Shown one piece after another: positions 51,671 to 60,569 of a DNA stretch of 64,000 nucleotides (position 1 is its first letter; every line of letters starts with the position of its first letter). Location of the stretch: assembly GCA_050010515.1 (NCBI GenBank), contig JBEKKX010000006.1, positions 11,316 through 75,315 on the forward strand, in the 5' to 3' direction. The notes beneath the pieces are model-generated. The model searched no databases. It had not been told where the DNA came from and was given only the letters and a program-made list of their open reading frames with translations. The position numbers and the translations under genes are program-made. This DNA comes from Candidatus Bathyarchaeia archaeon. Lineage in GTDB: Archaea; Thermoproteota; Bathyarchaeia; Bathyarchaeales; Bathycorpusculaceae.

Positions 51671-52774
51671 TTAGGGTAGAGGGTCGATTTTAATTTTTTC
51701 TGTGTTTACCGCTGAGGATACAGCTGGTTTTAGTTCAAGCCATTGCTGGGCTCCAAAGCCTATAATGAAGAATAACCACAATGTTATGATTCTTGTAAGT
51801 ATAGTGGCTGTGGCGCTCAGTGCTCCAGGGACACCCATTGAAATGAAAAGGGTAGTCATTACTGCCTCTGGAAGCCCAACTTCAAACGGTATACCTACGG
51901 GAATTGATTTGACAGCTAAGAATATGGCTGAAGTGACGAGAATTACACTCCATGAAACTGGATGCCCAAGCGATACAAAGACAAGGTATGGTATGCTTAG
52001 ACTAAAAAACCAAGATATAAGCAAATAGACCAGTGAATAAGCTATAGTCCTTGGGTTATGCCTGAACTCTTTCATTGAATCATGAAAGTGCTCTGTAATT
52101 TCGACAGCTTCTTCTTTCAATTTTCCCAGTTTCATTTTTCCAATACTGATTTTTTGCGCAAACTTTGTTATCCAATTGACTACTTTTAAGGTCCATTGCC
52201 GCTTGAAAGACAAAACAATCATTAAAACAAGTATTGCTATTATTGCTGCCGCAACTAATATAATCAGGTTGAAGACCAAGGGGTTAACGTTGCCTCCAAA
52301 GGTAAGTAACACTAATCCTGCGATTAGTGCAAAAGCGTTTATTGCGGTGCCAAGAAGCCTATGAGCATAGAGTGACGCTACCACTTTTCCGAATGAGCCG
52401 CATCCGTCTCTTGTAAGCAGATATGTTCGGGTTACTTCTCCGCTAATGGATTGCGCTGGAACAATGGTGTCAACGTACATGCCGTACCAAACATAGAGGT
52501 AAGCTCGAACTATAGTCATTTTGATGGAAAGATGATTGGTTAACACATGCCAGGAAACTGTAAAGAATAACACTTGAAATAAACCGAACAATATGGCTAT
52601 CGAATAAATAAGTGGATTGGCGGTTTTCGCGGTGGCAAATATTCCTAAAATGTTTACTTGGAACACATAAATGTACAAGAAAAATCCAACTAAACCTAGC
52701 AGTGGAAAAAGCACTGACTTCCAAGATAATTTTAGTTTAGGCGGTTGCATTTTGGTTCTTTGCACCCATGGCAA
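51671..52774 (-). CDS. UPF0104 flippase-like membrane protein (paralogue of 36559-37587)
   Basis: Multi-TM; VDTIVPAQSISGE, PFEVGLPE, ILTRIITLW. Confidence 0.85.
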   Translation of the reverse strand: MPWVQRTKMQPPKLKLSWKSVLFPLLGLVGFFLYIYVFQVNILGIFATAKTANPLIYSIAILFGLFQVLFFTVSWHVLTNHLSIKMTIVRAYLYVWYGMYVDTIVPAQSISGEVTRTYLLTRDGCGSFGKVVASLYAHRLLGTAINAFALIAGLVLLTFGGNVNPLVFNLIILVAAAIIAILVLMIVLSFKRQWTLKVVNWITKFAQKISIGKMKLGKLKEEAVEITEHFHDSMKEFRHNPRTIAYSLVYLLISWFFSLSIPYLVFVSLGHPVSWSVILVTSAIFLAVKSIPVGIPFEVGLPEAVMTTLFISMGVPGALSATATILTRIITLWLFFIIGFGAQQWLELKPAVSSAVNTEKIKIDPLP

Positions 52775-53020
52775 ACGGTGAAATGTCTATTTGCTATTAT
52801 ATACTTTGCCTAAATCCATGCCTATGTTTCTTCAAGCAAGCATGTTCTTCAGCGGTTGGAGAAAGCGAACACTAAAAAGGTTAGACAACCAACTTAATTC
52901 AGGGATAGTCAATACGGAAATTACTGTTTTCCATAAGAAATATTATTACTTAAAATATTATTTACAATTAAGAATTATAAAAAGACAAAAAAGGATTAGG
53001 TTTTTTAAGACTTGAAGCTT

Positions 53021-53632
53021 TTAGTATCTTGGTCTGTAACCGCCGCCGCCAGAGCCTCTTCGATCTCTGTCTCTGTTGCCACCGTAACCTCCGCCGCCAC
53101 CGCCGCGTCTGTCTCTGCCACCGTAGCCGCCGCCTCCGTACCCTCTACCGCCGCCTCCGCCGCCTCTGTATGGTCGTCTTTCTTGCTCGTATGTTTTGCT
53201 GGATACGTTGTTTTCAGTGTTTACTTCTACTGCGAGTGGTTCTTTTGCTGGTTCGAGTTTGCCGTATTTGCCGATGTTTAGGCGTATGTTGCCTTTGAAT
53301 AGGGTTACGTAACCGTTTTCTACGCGGATTGTGTCGTTTTCGTTGACTTTTTCAATGTTGTCGTCCCAGAGTGTCACGTATACTACGCCTGTTTCGTCGC
53401 CGACCAGTGCGTCGCTTACTTTATGTGGGGATCCGTCTCTGCCCATTGGGATTTCGCGGATTTCTGTTTTGGATACTACTTTGGCCGTAACGTTAACCGC
53501 TTTTGATTGTGGGGTTAAGTCGCCGACTTTTGCTTCTACTGGTGTCTTTTTGTTTTCGAAAAAACCTTCAACAGCCAATTGGTTCAACATCCTAGTTTTT
53601 GATTCTAAGACAAAACTACATGTTCTCTGCAC
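53021..53632 (-). CDS. ssb: single-stranded DNA-binding protein (single OB fold + RGG tail)
   Basis: GDETGVVYVTLWD, ENGYVTLFKG..RLNIGKYG; Gly/Arg-rich tail; true start probably ~53578. Confidence 0.9.
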   Translation of the reverse strand: MQRTCSFVLESKTRMLNQLAVEGFFENKKTPVEAKVGDLTPQSKAVNVTAKVVSKTEIREIPMGRDGSPHKVSDALVGDETGVVYVTLWDDNIEKVNENDTIRVENGYVTLFKGNIRLNIGKYGKLEPAKEPLAVEVNTENNVSSKTYEQERRPYRGGGGGGRGYGGGGYGGRDRRGGGGGGYGGNRDRDRRGSGGGGYRPRY

Positions 53633-53827
53633 TTAAGTATTTCGCTTTTGCTATTGTGGTTTTTTTGGTGTTTGTTTTGGGAGGTTTTGGGGGTGGTTTT
53701 TGGGGGTGTTTTTTTGGTTTAATTTTAAGTTGCGATTTTGTGGGTGGTGTAAGTTGCGACTTTTTGTTTGTGATTTGGTTATGTGTATTGCTGGCGGGTT
53801 ATTGGCGGGTGTTTGCATCAACACTGT

Positions 53828-53945
53828 TTCAACATAGTTCAACATAGAAATAATCCCCGCACTTTCAACATGAAACAGTGCTTTTTCTACATGGGAAGAG
53901 TTTAGTTTTTGTTGGTTTTAGCCAAGGTTTTAGAGCTTTCCCGAG
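53828..53945 (+). repeat. dispersed ~118-bp non-coding repeat, copy 2, at the left edge of the island
   Basis: About 90% identical to 7431-7547; also a 10-bp inverted repeat CACTGTTTCA (53822-53831) / TGAAACAGTG (53871-53880). Confidence 0.9.
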
Positions 53946-54095
53946 CTAATTAGTGATGCAAAGTTTTAAATTTAAAATGGGAACATCTGTATCTTAAAGC
54001 GGGGGACATATTTCGGTCAGTTTAGCTGGGGACCAGCTCGTTAACATCAAGGTCCTAAATAATTACGTATTCTTCCAACGAGGTCTTGTACATTC

Positions 54096-56198
54096 ATGAC
54101 TCTTCAGGATCTTATATTAAAAAACGCTTATGACTCAGACACCGACAATGTACTGACCGATTTCTATATTCCAGCATTAGCTAATTCTATTCTCTATGAT
54201 CGTCTAACAGGTTTTTTTTCTTCAACTACTTTAGCTGCGGCTGCAAAAGGTATTGTCGGTTTAATGAAAAATGGCGGTAGCATACGGCTAATTACAGGAG
54301 CAGTTTTTCAAGAGCAAGATATCAAAGCAATTAAAGAAGCTATCAATACGCCTGAAAAAATAATAGAGCAATTCATGTTAAAAGAAATCGATAACCTTGA
54401 AGAAGGATTCATAAAAGATCATGTTAAGGCTTTAGGTTGGCTTGTAGCGAAAGGAAAACTTAACATCAAGATTGCTTTTGTTCTTGATGACCAAGGTTTT
54501 CCTACAGACGTTAAAAGTTCATCTCGAAGCGGCATTTTCCATCAAAAAGTAGGGATTCTTGAGGATAAAGAAGGCAATAAATTATCATTTAGTGGGTCTG
54601 ACAACGAAACAATAAACGGTTGGCAACAAAACATAGAAGAATTCAAAGTTTTTCGGAATTGGGTTGAAGCTGAAAAAGAATATTTTGAATCAGACTTACT
54701 CAAATTTCAAAAATTTTGGGCTGGCACAGCAAGAAGAACCAAAATAATAGGTCTGCCAAAAGCCGTTCAAGAAGAACTTATCAAAATAGCTCCTAGCACA
54801 TTTGAAGAGTTAGATTTAGACAAATGGATAAGAAAAAACAAGCCCGTCAGCATTGAGCTTCGCGATTACCAAAAAAAAGCCGTAGATTGTTGGGTAGAAA
54901 ATGGACATCGAGGTATATTTGAGATGGCAACAGGGACAGGCAAAACTTTCACGGCACTAGCTTGTTTGAACACGACATTTTCTACCGAAAAAAAGTTGAT
55001 TGTTATAATCAGTAGTCCCTTTATCCACTTAAGTGAGCAATGGATTAGAGAAATTGAAAGATTTGGGTTAACCAGTGAAATAACACTTTGCGATAGTGAT
55101 CAAGCAAACTGGAAAAATGGTTTAGTTGATAATATTCTAGATGTGGAAAATGGCGTAGTAGATCGGTTAATAATACTTACAACGCACAATACGTTTTCTT
55201 CAGAAGATTTCATCGATATAATCGAGAAAAGCAAGAAAAGAGCACCGGATCAAAGATTTTTTTTAATAATTGACGAAGTTCATGGCATAGGAGCACCGAT
55301 AAGACAAAAAGGTCTAATTGAGGAATATGATTTTCGTTTAGGTCTTAGTGCAACCCCAAAGAGATGGTTTGACACTATTGGAACAGACAAATTGTTTGCG
55401 TATTTTGGTGATGTCGTCTATAGCTTTTCTTTAGAAAATGCAATAAAGGCTGGCTTTCTAACGCCTTACATATATAAACCGTATTTTACTACTTTGACCA
55501 ATGAAGAATTACAACAGTACGAATTAGAAACAAGAAAGTTGGTTAAAACCTATTATCACTCAAAAGATGATAACGAGAAAAATGATATTTTTACTCTGCT
55601 TTGTATAAAAAGGCAGAAAATAATTAGAAACGCCAATAACAAATTTAGCATTTTTAAAGATATATTAACAGAAATAAAAGAAGTAAAGCACTGTCTTGTC
55701 TATTGCTCTCCACAGCAAATTCGTGATGTCCAAAAAATTCTAAATAGCGTTGGAATTGTTCAACATAAATTTACACAAGAGGAGGGCACGAAGTCAGAAA
55801 ACCGCTTTAAAGGTTTATCCGAAAGAGACGTACTAATTGAACGATTTTCTGAGGGGACGTATCAGGCATTGGTTTCAATGAAATGTTTGGACGAGGGAGT
55901 GGATATACCGCCAGCTAGAATCGCGATTATGTTAGATAATTCAGGGAATCCGCGAGAATATATTCAAAGAAGGGGAAGAGTTTTGCGCAAGTTTGCAGGC
56001 AAGGAGAAAGCAACAATCTATGACATTATCGTAGAGCCTGTTTTAAAAGCGCAAGTTCCAGAACAATTGAAAGACATAGAGAGAAAAATCATAAAGAAGG
56101 AATTACAACGATACAGGGAATTTTCACAATCTGCCGAAAATGCAGAGGAGAACCTAGAGAAAATGCAAAACATTGAAGCAAAATACGGATTATGGTGA
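54096..56198 (+). CDS. PLD-like nuclease + SF2 DEAD/DEAH helicase (dnd-associated restriction-enzyme-like)
   Basis: IFHQKVGILED...SGSDNET (PLD-like); MATGTGKT, DEVH, LSAT, LDEGVDIP, QRRGRVLR. Confidence 0.88.
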   Translation: MTLQDLILKNAYDSDTDNVLTDFYIPALANSILYDRLTGFFSSTTLAAAAKGIVGLMKNGGSIRLITGAVFQEQDIKAIKEAINTPEKIIEQFMLKEIDNLEEGFIKDHVKALGWLVAKGKLNIKIAFVLDDQGFPTDVKSSSRSGIFHQKVGILEDKEGNKLSFSGSDNETINGWQQNIEEFKVFRNWVEAEKEYFESDLLKFQKFWAGTARRTKIIGLPKAVQEELIKIAPSTFEELDLDKWIRKNKPVSIELRDYQKKAVDCWVENGHRGIFEMATGTGKTFTALACLNTTFSTEKKLIVIISSPFIHLSEQWIREIERFGLTSEITLCDSDQANWKNGLVDNILDVENGVVDRLIILTTHNTFSSEDFIDIIEKSKKRAPDQRFFLIIDEVHGIGAPIRQKGLIEEYDFRLGLSATPKRWFDTIGTDKLFAYFGDVVYSFSLENAIKAGFLTPYIYKPYFTTLTNEELQQYELETRKLVKTYYHSKDDNEKNDIFTLLCIKRQKIIRNANNKFSIFKDILTEIKEVKHCLVYCSPQQIRDVQKILNSVGIVQHKFTQEEGTKSENRFKGLSERDVLIERFSEGTYQALVSMKCLDEGVDIPPARIAIMLDNSGNPREYIQRRGRVLRKFAGKEKATIYDIIVEPVLKAQVPEQLKDIERKIIKKELQRYREFSQSAENAEENLEKMQNIEAKYGLW

Positions 56199-56398
56199 AA
56201 CCCATGAGCGTTAGCAAGCGATTGTTAGAAGCAATTGATAAATCTGAGAATTCCGACGAAATAAAAGAGCTTCTTAAAACCCTTCTATTCATAGAACTGA
56301 GAAATTCAGAACGAGGAGATCTTCATTACAGCGAGGAATATGATAGGGTAATCAAACGGATATTTGGCGTTTCATTACAACCAGAGGCATCAGAATGA
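56192..56398 (+). CDS. small helical protein (resembles the small partner of CxC-ATPase systems)
   Basis: 68 aa, overlaps both neighbours; assigned mainly from its position between helicase and ATPase. Confidence 0.65.
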   Translation: MVKPMSVSKRLLEAIDKSENSDEIKELLKTLLFIELRNSERGDLHYSEEYDRVIKRIFGVSLQPEASE

Positions 56399-58392
56399 AA
56401 ATTGACTATATTTACCTAAAAAATTACCGTCAATATCGAGAAGCGCGAATTGACTTTGCAGGTTCACCAAACGAAAATTTTACTGTAATTGAAGGACCAA
56501 ATGGAGCAGGCAAAACAAACTTGCTAAACGCTGTTACATGGTGTCTTTTTGGAGAGGAAAAACATATCAACCTTATCAAATCTAAAGGACTTTCGATAAT
56601 TAATACAGTTGCCGTTGATCAAGCAAAAGAGGGCGAACTGCTTAATGTTAAAGTTGAAATTCAGTTCTTGAATAACAATAATAAACGAATAAAAATAATT
56701 CGTGAGTTGAAATACAAAAAACAGAAACAAACAACTATAGAGATACCTATGGCCCATCCACCTCCGAGTATTATCTTTGAAGGAGAAGGAGACTGGTCAC
56801 AACCACTTAATGGTGAAGAAGCGACATATCAAATTAAGAACTTGATACCACCATCTCTGGAAGAATATTTCTTCTTTGATGGAGAACGAATGAATGACTA
56901 TTTCAGAGATAATACGGGTAAAGACATTCAAAAGGCAGTTTTTAAAATATCTCAATTGGGATTGTTTGATGACTTAATAAGACACTTGACCGCAAGAAAG
57001 AATGAGTTCCTAAGGGCTGCAAAAGACTTAGACTCGAAAGGCAAAGAGCTTCAAGAATTTATAGAGCTTCAAGAACAATCCCAATCTTCTGACAATGAAG
57101 AACTAAAGAGCCTCATCTCAGCAGAACATGAGGCAGAATTATTGGATGAAAAATTGAACGCCCAGCTGAAAAACACATCGAAGGAAGACATAGAAAATCT
57201 TGTCAATAGGAGAGAGCAACTTATCAAAGACCTGCTATCAGTAAAGCAAGAAATCAAAGGGGTGGAAGATGATAAACTTCAGATATTGCACAAGAAGATG
57301 GCGACTATCCTCTGCCAAAGAGCTTTACTAAAGACTAAGACTCTTATCGATAATTCCAGGGCAGCAGGAAAAATACCTCCAAAGTTTGAAGCCATTTTTA
57401 TCCAAAGCCTTCTAGATAAAGGAAAATGCATTTGTGCGGCTGATATTTCTGGAAAAGATGAATATTCAAATAAACGTCGAAAGAAGATAGAGGTACTGTT
57501 AGAATCTGCGAAGTTATCAAAGGTAAGCACAGAACTAATTGAAACAAATGGTCAAATACAGGAGATGTTCTCGGGGTTAACAGGTTTTAGCGAGGATATT
57601 ATCGATTTTGAGAAGCGATTGAAAGTACTTGATGCACTAAGAGTTAAGACTGATAATGAAATAAAGGTTATAGGCCAGCAGCTTGAAACATGTGATTTAG
57701 AAAATATCAGACTATTAGAACAGCAAAAAAAGAAGAATTTAACAAAACTAAAGGAATTAACAGGAGATATTGCCATCTTGAGAGACCACCTGACGAGACG
57801 TGAAAAATTAATTAAGGACAAAAGAAGCGAGCTGGAAAAAGAGATCAAGAAAGATAATAAACACAAGTCTTTAATGGTAATGTTTGATCTTTGTGAAAAA
57901 TCCATTAAAGCCGCGGAAAATATCAAGGAAACAATTATGATTGAAATCAAAACAGAAATTGAGCAAAAAACTAGCAACCAATTCCTTGGGCTCATCTGGA
58001 AAAAAGAAACATTCAAAGGAGTAACAATCGATAACGAATATAACATCTCTGTACCCCTTATTTCAGGGCGTGATTGTTTCGGCACTCTTTCGGCGGGAGA
58101 GCGGCAGGTATGTGCGTTAGCTTTTATGTCTGCGCTCAATAGTGTTTCCGGATTTGATGTGCCAGTCATAATTGACACACCTCTTGCTAGAATATCTGAT
58201 GACCCAAGATTGAACATTGCGAAGAAATTGCCAACATATTTGCAAGGAACTCAGGTAACTCTCTTGGTAACAAAAGAAGAATATACCCCTGATGTTCAAG
58301 CAGCGCTTTCTACTAGGGTGGGGAAAGTTTATAAAATAAACGTTCAAGAAGAAAAGCTCGGTAATTTGGCAGAGGTGCAAATAGTAAAATGA
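56395..58392 (+). CDS. DndD/Rad50-like coiled-coil ABC ATPase with CxC hook
   Basis: GPNGAGKT, YFFFDGE, central KCIC, LSAGE signature, IIDTPLARI. Confidence 0.88.
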   Translation: MKIDYIYLKNYRQYREARIDFAGSPNENFTVIEGPNGAGKTNLLNAVTWCLFGEEKHINLIKSKGLSIINTVAVDQAKEGELLNVKVEIQFLNNNNKRIKIIRELKYKKQKQTTIEIPMAHPPPSIIFEGEGDWSQPLNGEEATYQIKNLIPPSLEEYFFFDGERMNDYFRDNTGKDIQKAVFKISQLGLFDDLIRHLTARKNEFLRAAKDLDSKGKELQEFIELQEQSQSSDNEELKSLISAEHEAELLDEKLNAQLKNTSKEDIENLVNRREQLIKDLLSVKQEIKGVEDDKLQILHKKMATILCQRALLKTKTLIDNSRAAGKIPPKFEAIFIQSLLDKGKCICAADISGKDEYSNKRRKKIEVLLESAKLSKVSTELIETNGQIQEMFSGLTGFSEDIIDFEKRLKVLDALRVKTDNEIKVIGQQLETCDLENIRLLEQQKKKNLTKLKELTGDIAILRDHLTRREKLIKDKRSELEKEIKKDNKHKSLMVMFDLCEKSIKAAENIKETIMIEIKTEIEQKTSNQFLGLIWKKETFKGVTIDNEYNISVPLISGRDCFGTLSAGERQVCALAFMSALNSVSGFDVPVIIDTPLARISDDPRLNIAKKLPTYLQGTQVTLLVTKEEYTPDVQAALSTRVGKVYKINVQEEKLGNLAEVQIVK

Positions 58393-59336
58393 GTGAAAAT
58401 AAAAAAATCGATCGACTAAGTGTTGAAAAAAATGATTTGAATAACTTTAATAGGCTTAAAGAAAAAGATAGCCCGTTTGCAGGTTGCCAAAACAAAGACA
58501 TCTTCTTAGCCGCAATGGTTACTGGTTTTTATCATGGCGTGAAATTAGACCTAATAAATAAGGAAGGATACGTAAGGGATGAGTATCTGCATCCCGAAGA
58601 TCGGGCATTAATAAATGCAATAGCAATCTTTGATGAAGGAGACCTTAAGGTTCTCCTCGATAAGCAAAAAGTATTTTCAATTGCAGAAAAATACGCAGCA
58701 GGTGGCATTGAGAGCTTAAAAGCTAAAGCATTAGGCACGGATGAATATGGGTCATATGCAAAAAGATTAGAAAGCGATATGTTAAAGGAATATGATCAAT
58801 TCCGAAAAATTTTGCCTGAAAAACCTGTTACTGCAGAAGACTTAGACGGCATTTCGGTCGAAGACTTAGCAGAAAAAGGAGAAACACATGCTATTGAATT
58901 CAAATCTTCTTTTATATGGGATTACAAGAATTCACAGCCTAGTAAGGACATGAAAATAGCCGTTGTTAGGGGAATTTCCTCTTTCATGAACTCAGATGGA
59001 GGTTATATGCTAATCGGAGTTGATAATAAAAAGAACCCAATGGGACTAGATAACGATCTAGCGCAAACTCATCAAAGTACTGATGAACTTGAACTAGCCT
59101 TAACTAACTCTGTCAGGGACTGCCTTGGAAAAGTAAATCTACCTTATATTAAGATCAAGTTCGATAAAGTCAATGACAAGCTTGTAATAATTGTAAGAGT
59201 TTATGCTTCTCCTCATCCTGTATATCTGAAAAGCGAAAATAAAAACCCTGAATTTTATATTAGAACAGGGAACAGTACTCAAAAATTGGATGTTAGTGAG
59301 GCACCTGACTATATTAAAGAACATTGGCCTGCATGA
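58389..59336 (+). CDS. DndE/dnd_assoc_4-like domain fused to Schlafen/AlbA_2 domain
   Basis: N-half SPF...DIFLAAMVTG...AEKYAAGGIESL; C-half GETHAIEFKSS, SFMNSDGGYMLIGVDN, FYIRTGNST. Confidence 0.78.
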   Translation: MSENKKIDRLSVEKNDLNNFNRLKEKDSPFAGCQNKDIFLAAMVTGFYHGVKLDLINKEGYVRDEYLHPEDRALINAIAIFDEGDLKVLLDKQKVFSIAEKYAAGGIESLKAKALGTDEYGSYAKRLESDMLKEYDQFRKILPEKPVTAEDLDGISVEDLAEKGETHAIEFKSSFIWDYKNSQPSKDMKIAVVRGISSFMNSDGGYMLIGVDNKKNPMGLDNDLAQTHQSTDELELALTNSVRDCLGKVNLPYIKIKFDKVNDKLVIIVRVYASPHPVYLKSENKNPEFYIRTGNSTQKLDVSEAPDYIKEHWPA

Positions 59337-59459
59337 TATACAATTCACTAAAAGCAGTGAAATCAATCATTGGCTCTAAGTAAAAATCACGCGCACGTGT
59401 GCTAAAGACTTAAAATCTTCTCTAAGAATACCTTACGATCGCTTAAGTACTCGTCAGCT

Positions 59460-60569
59460 ATGGCTGGGATCGTAATGACTAAACATGTCCTCTTAGTAAA
59501 ACCGAGATACTACTCAGCATACCCACCCTTAGGTCTGCTCAAACTTTCTACATATCAAAAGAAGTTAGGTAATACTACAGAACTTGTTTGGGGTACTGGT
59601 CAACCGGTTAAGGGCGAACCAGATATAATTTATGTAACAAGCCTGTTTACGTGGGCTTGGGAACCTGTATGGGAAGCTATCCGTTACTATTCCTTGAAAT
59701 TTTCAAATGCTGAGCTGTGGCTTGGAGGATTATATGCTTCTTTAATGCCTGAACATGCAGCATTAAGCGGAATAAAACCAGACCATATATTCCGAGGAAT
59801 ACATCCTCAAGCAGAATTTGAGCTCCCAGATTATGATTTGGTTCCTCAGTGGAATGAAAAAGAGGCCGCTAGCATAATTTTTTCTTCTAGAGGTTGCATA
59901 CGTTCATGCGTCTTTTGTGGCGTTCCAAAAATTGAAGGTAAACTTTGCTTGGAAAGAAATAACATTAAAGAGCAAATATGGCCTGGACATAAGCGATTGG
60001 TCTTTTTCGATAATAATTTATTGGCAAGTAAAAATCGGGAGAACGTTTTTTCTCAAATAAGAGAGATCGGTCTTGCGGTTGATTTTAATCAGGGCTTGGA
60101 TGCGAGATTAATTACTAATAAAGTTGCTAAGCAAATATCCGAACTTAAAATTGACCGCTTCGTCAGAATTGCGTATGATACATCAGAAGTAGGTCAATCG
60201 GTAAAAAAAGCCATTGAGCTTCTAAAGTCAAATGGCATTGATGGGCGAAATATTCTTGTTTATTTGCTCTATAATTTCATCGACACACCACAAGATTTCT
60301 TCGAAAGAGTCAAAAATGTCCTTAAATTAGGAGCAGTTGCTTACCCGATGCGTTTCCAGCCTGTTTACACGCTGAAAAAGAATAGTTACGTATCTCCACA
60401 GTGGGATCAAGTGAGACTTGCTGCTATTGCTACTGCACGCAGATTATTCGGTTCTGGTGGTACTTTCCCACCATATGCCGGAATGATGAAAGTTAAAGTA
60501 GAAGGTTGCAAAACCTTCGACGAAGCTTTTACAAACGGTATTTACAAAAGAGTGGAGGCAATTTTATGA
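59460..60569 (+). CDS. radical SAM enzyme with N-terminal cobalamin-binding-like domain
   Basis: PPLGLLKLSTY, TSLFTW, GGLYASL; SRGCIRSCVFC (CxxxCxxC); DNNLL, DFNQGLDARL. Confidence 0.88.
   Translation: MAGIVMTKHVLLVKPRYYSAYPPLGLLKLSTYQKKLGNTTELVWGTGQPVKGEPDIIYVTSLFTWAWEPVWEAIRYYSLKFSNAELWLGGLYASLMPEHAALSGIKPDHIFRGIHPQAEFELPDYDLVPQWNEKEAASIIFSSRGCIRSCVFCGVPKIEGKLCLERNNIKEQIWPGHKRLVFFDNNLLASKNRENVFSQIREIGLAVDFNQGLDARLITNKVAKQISELKIDRFVRIAYDTSEVGQSVKKAIELLKSNGIDGRNILVYLLYNFIDTPQDFFERVKNVLKLGAVAYPMRFQPVYTLKKNSYVSPQWDQVRLAAIATARRLFGSGGTFPPYAGMMKVKVEGCKTFDEAFTNGIYKRVEAIL

Noticed and set aside
53599-53847. ORFs over the G/T-skewed tract
   Set aside because: Open frames are explained by the low-complexity base skew
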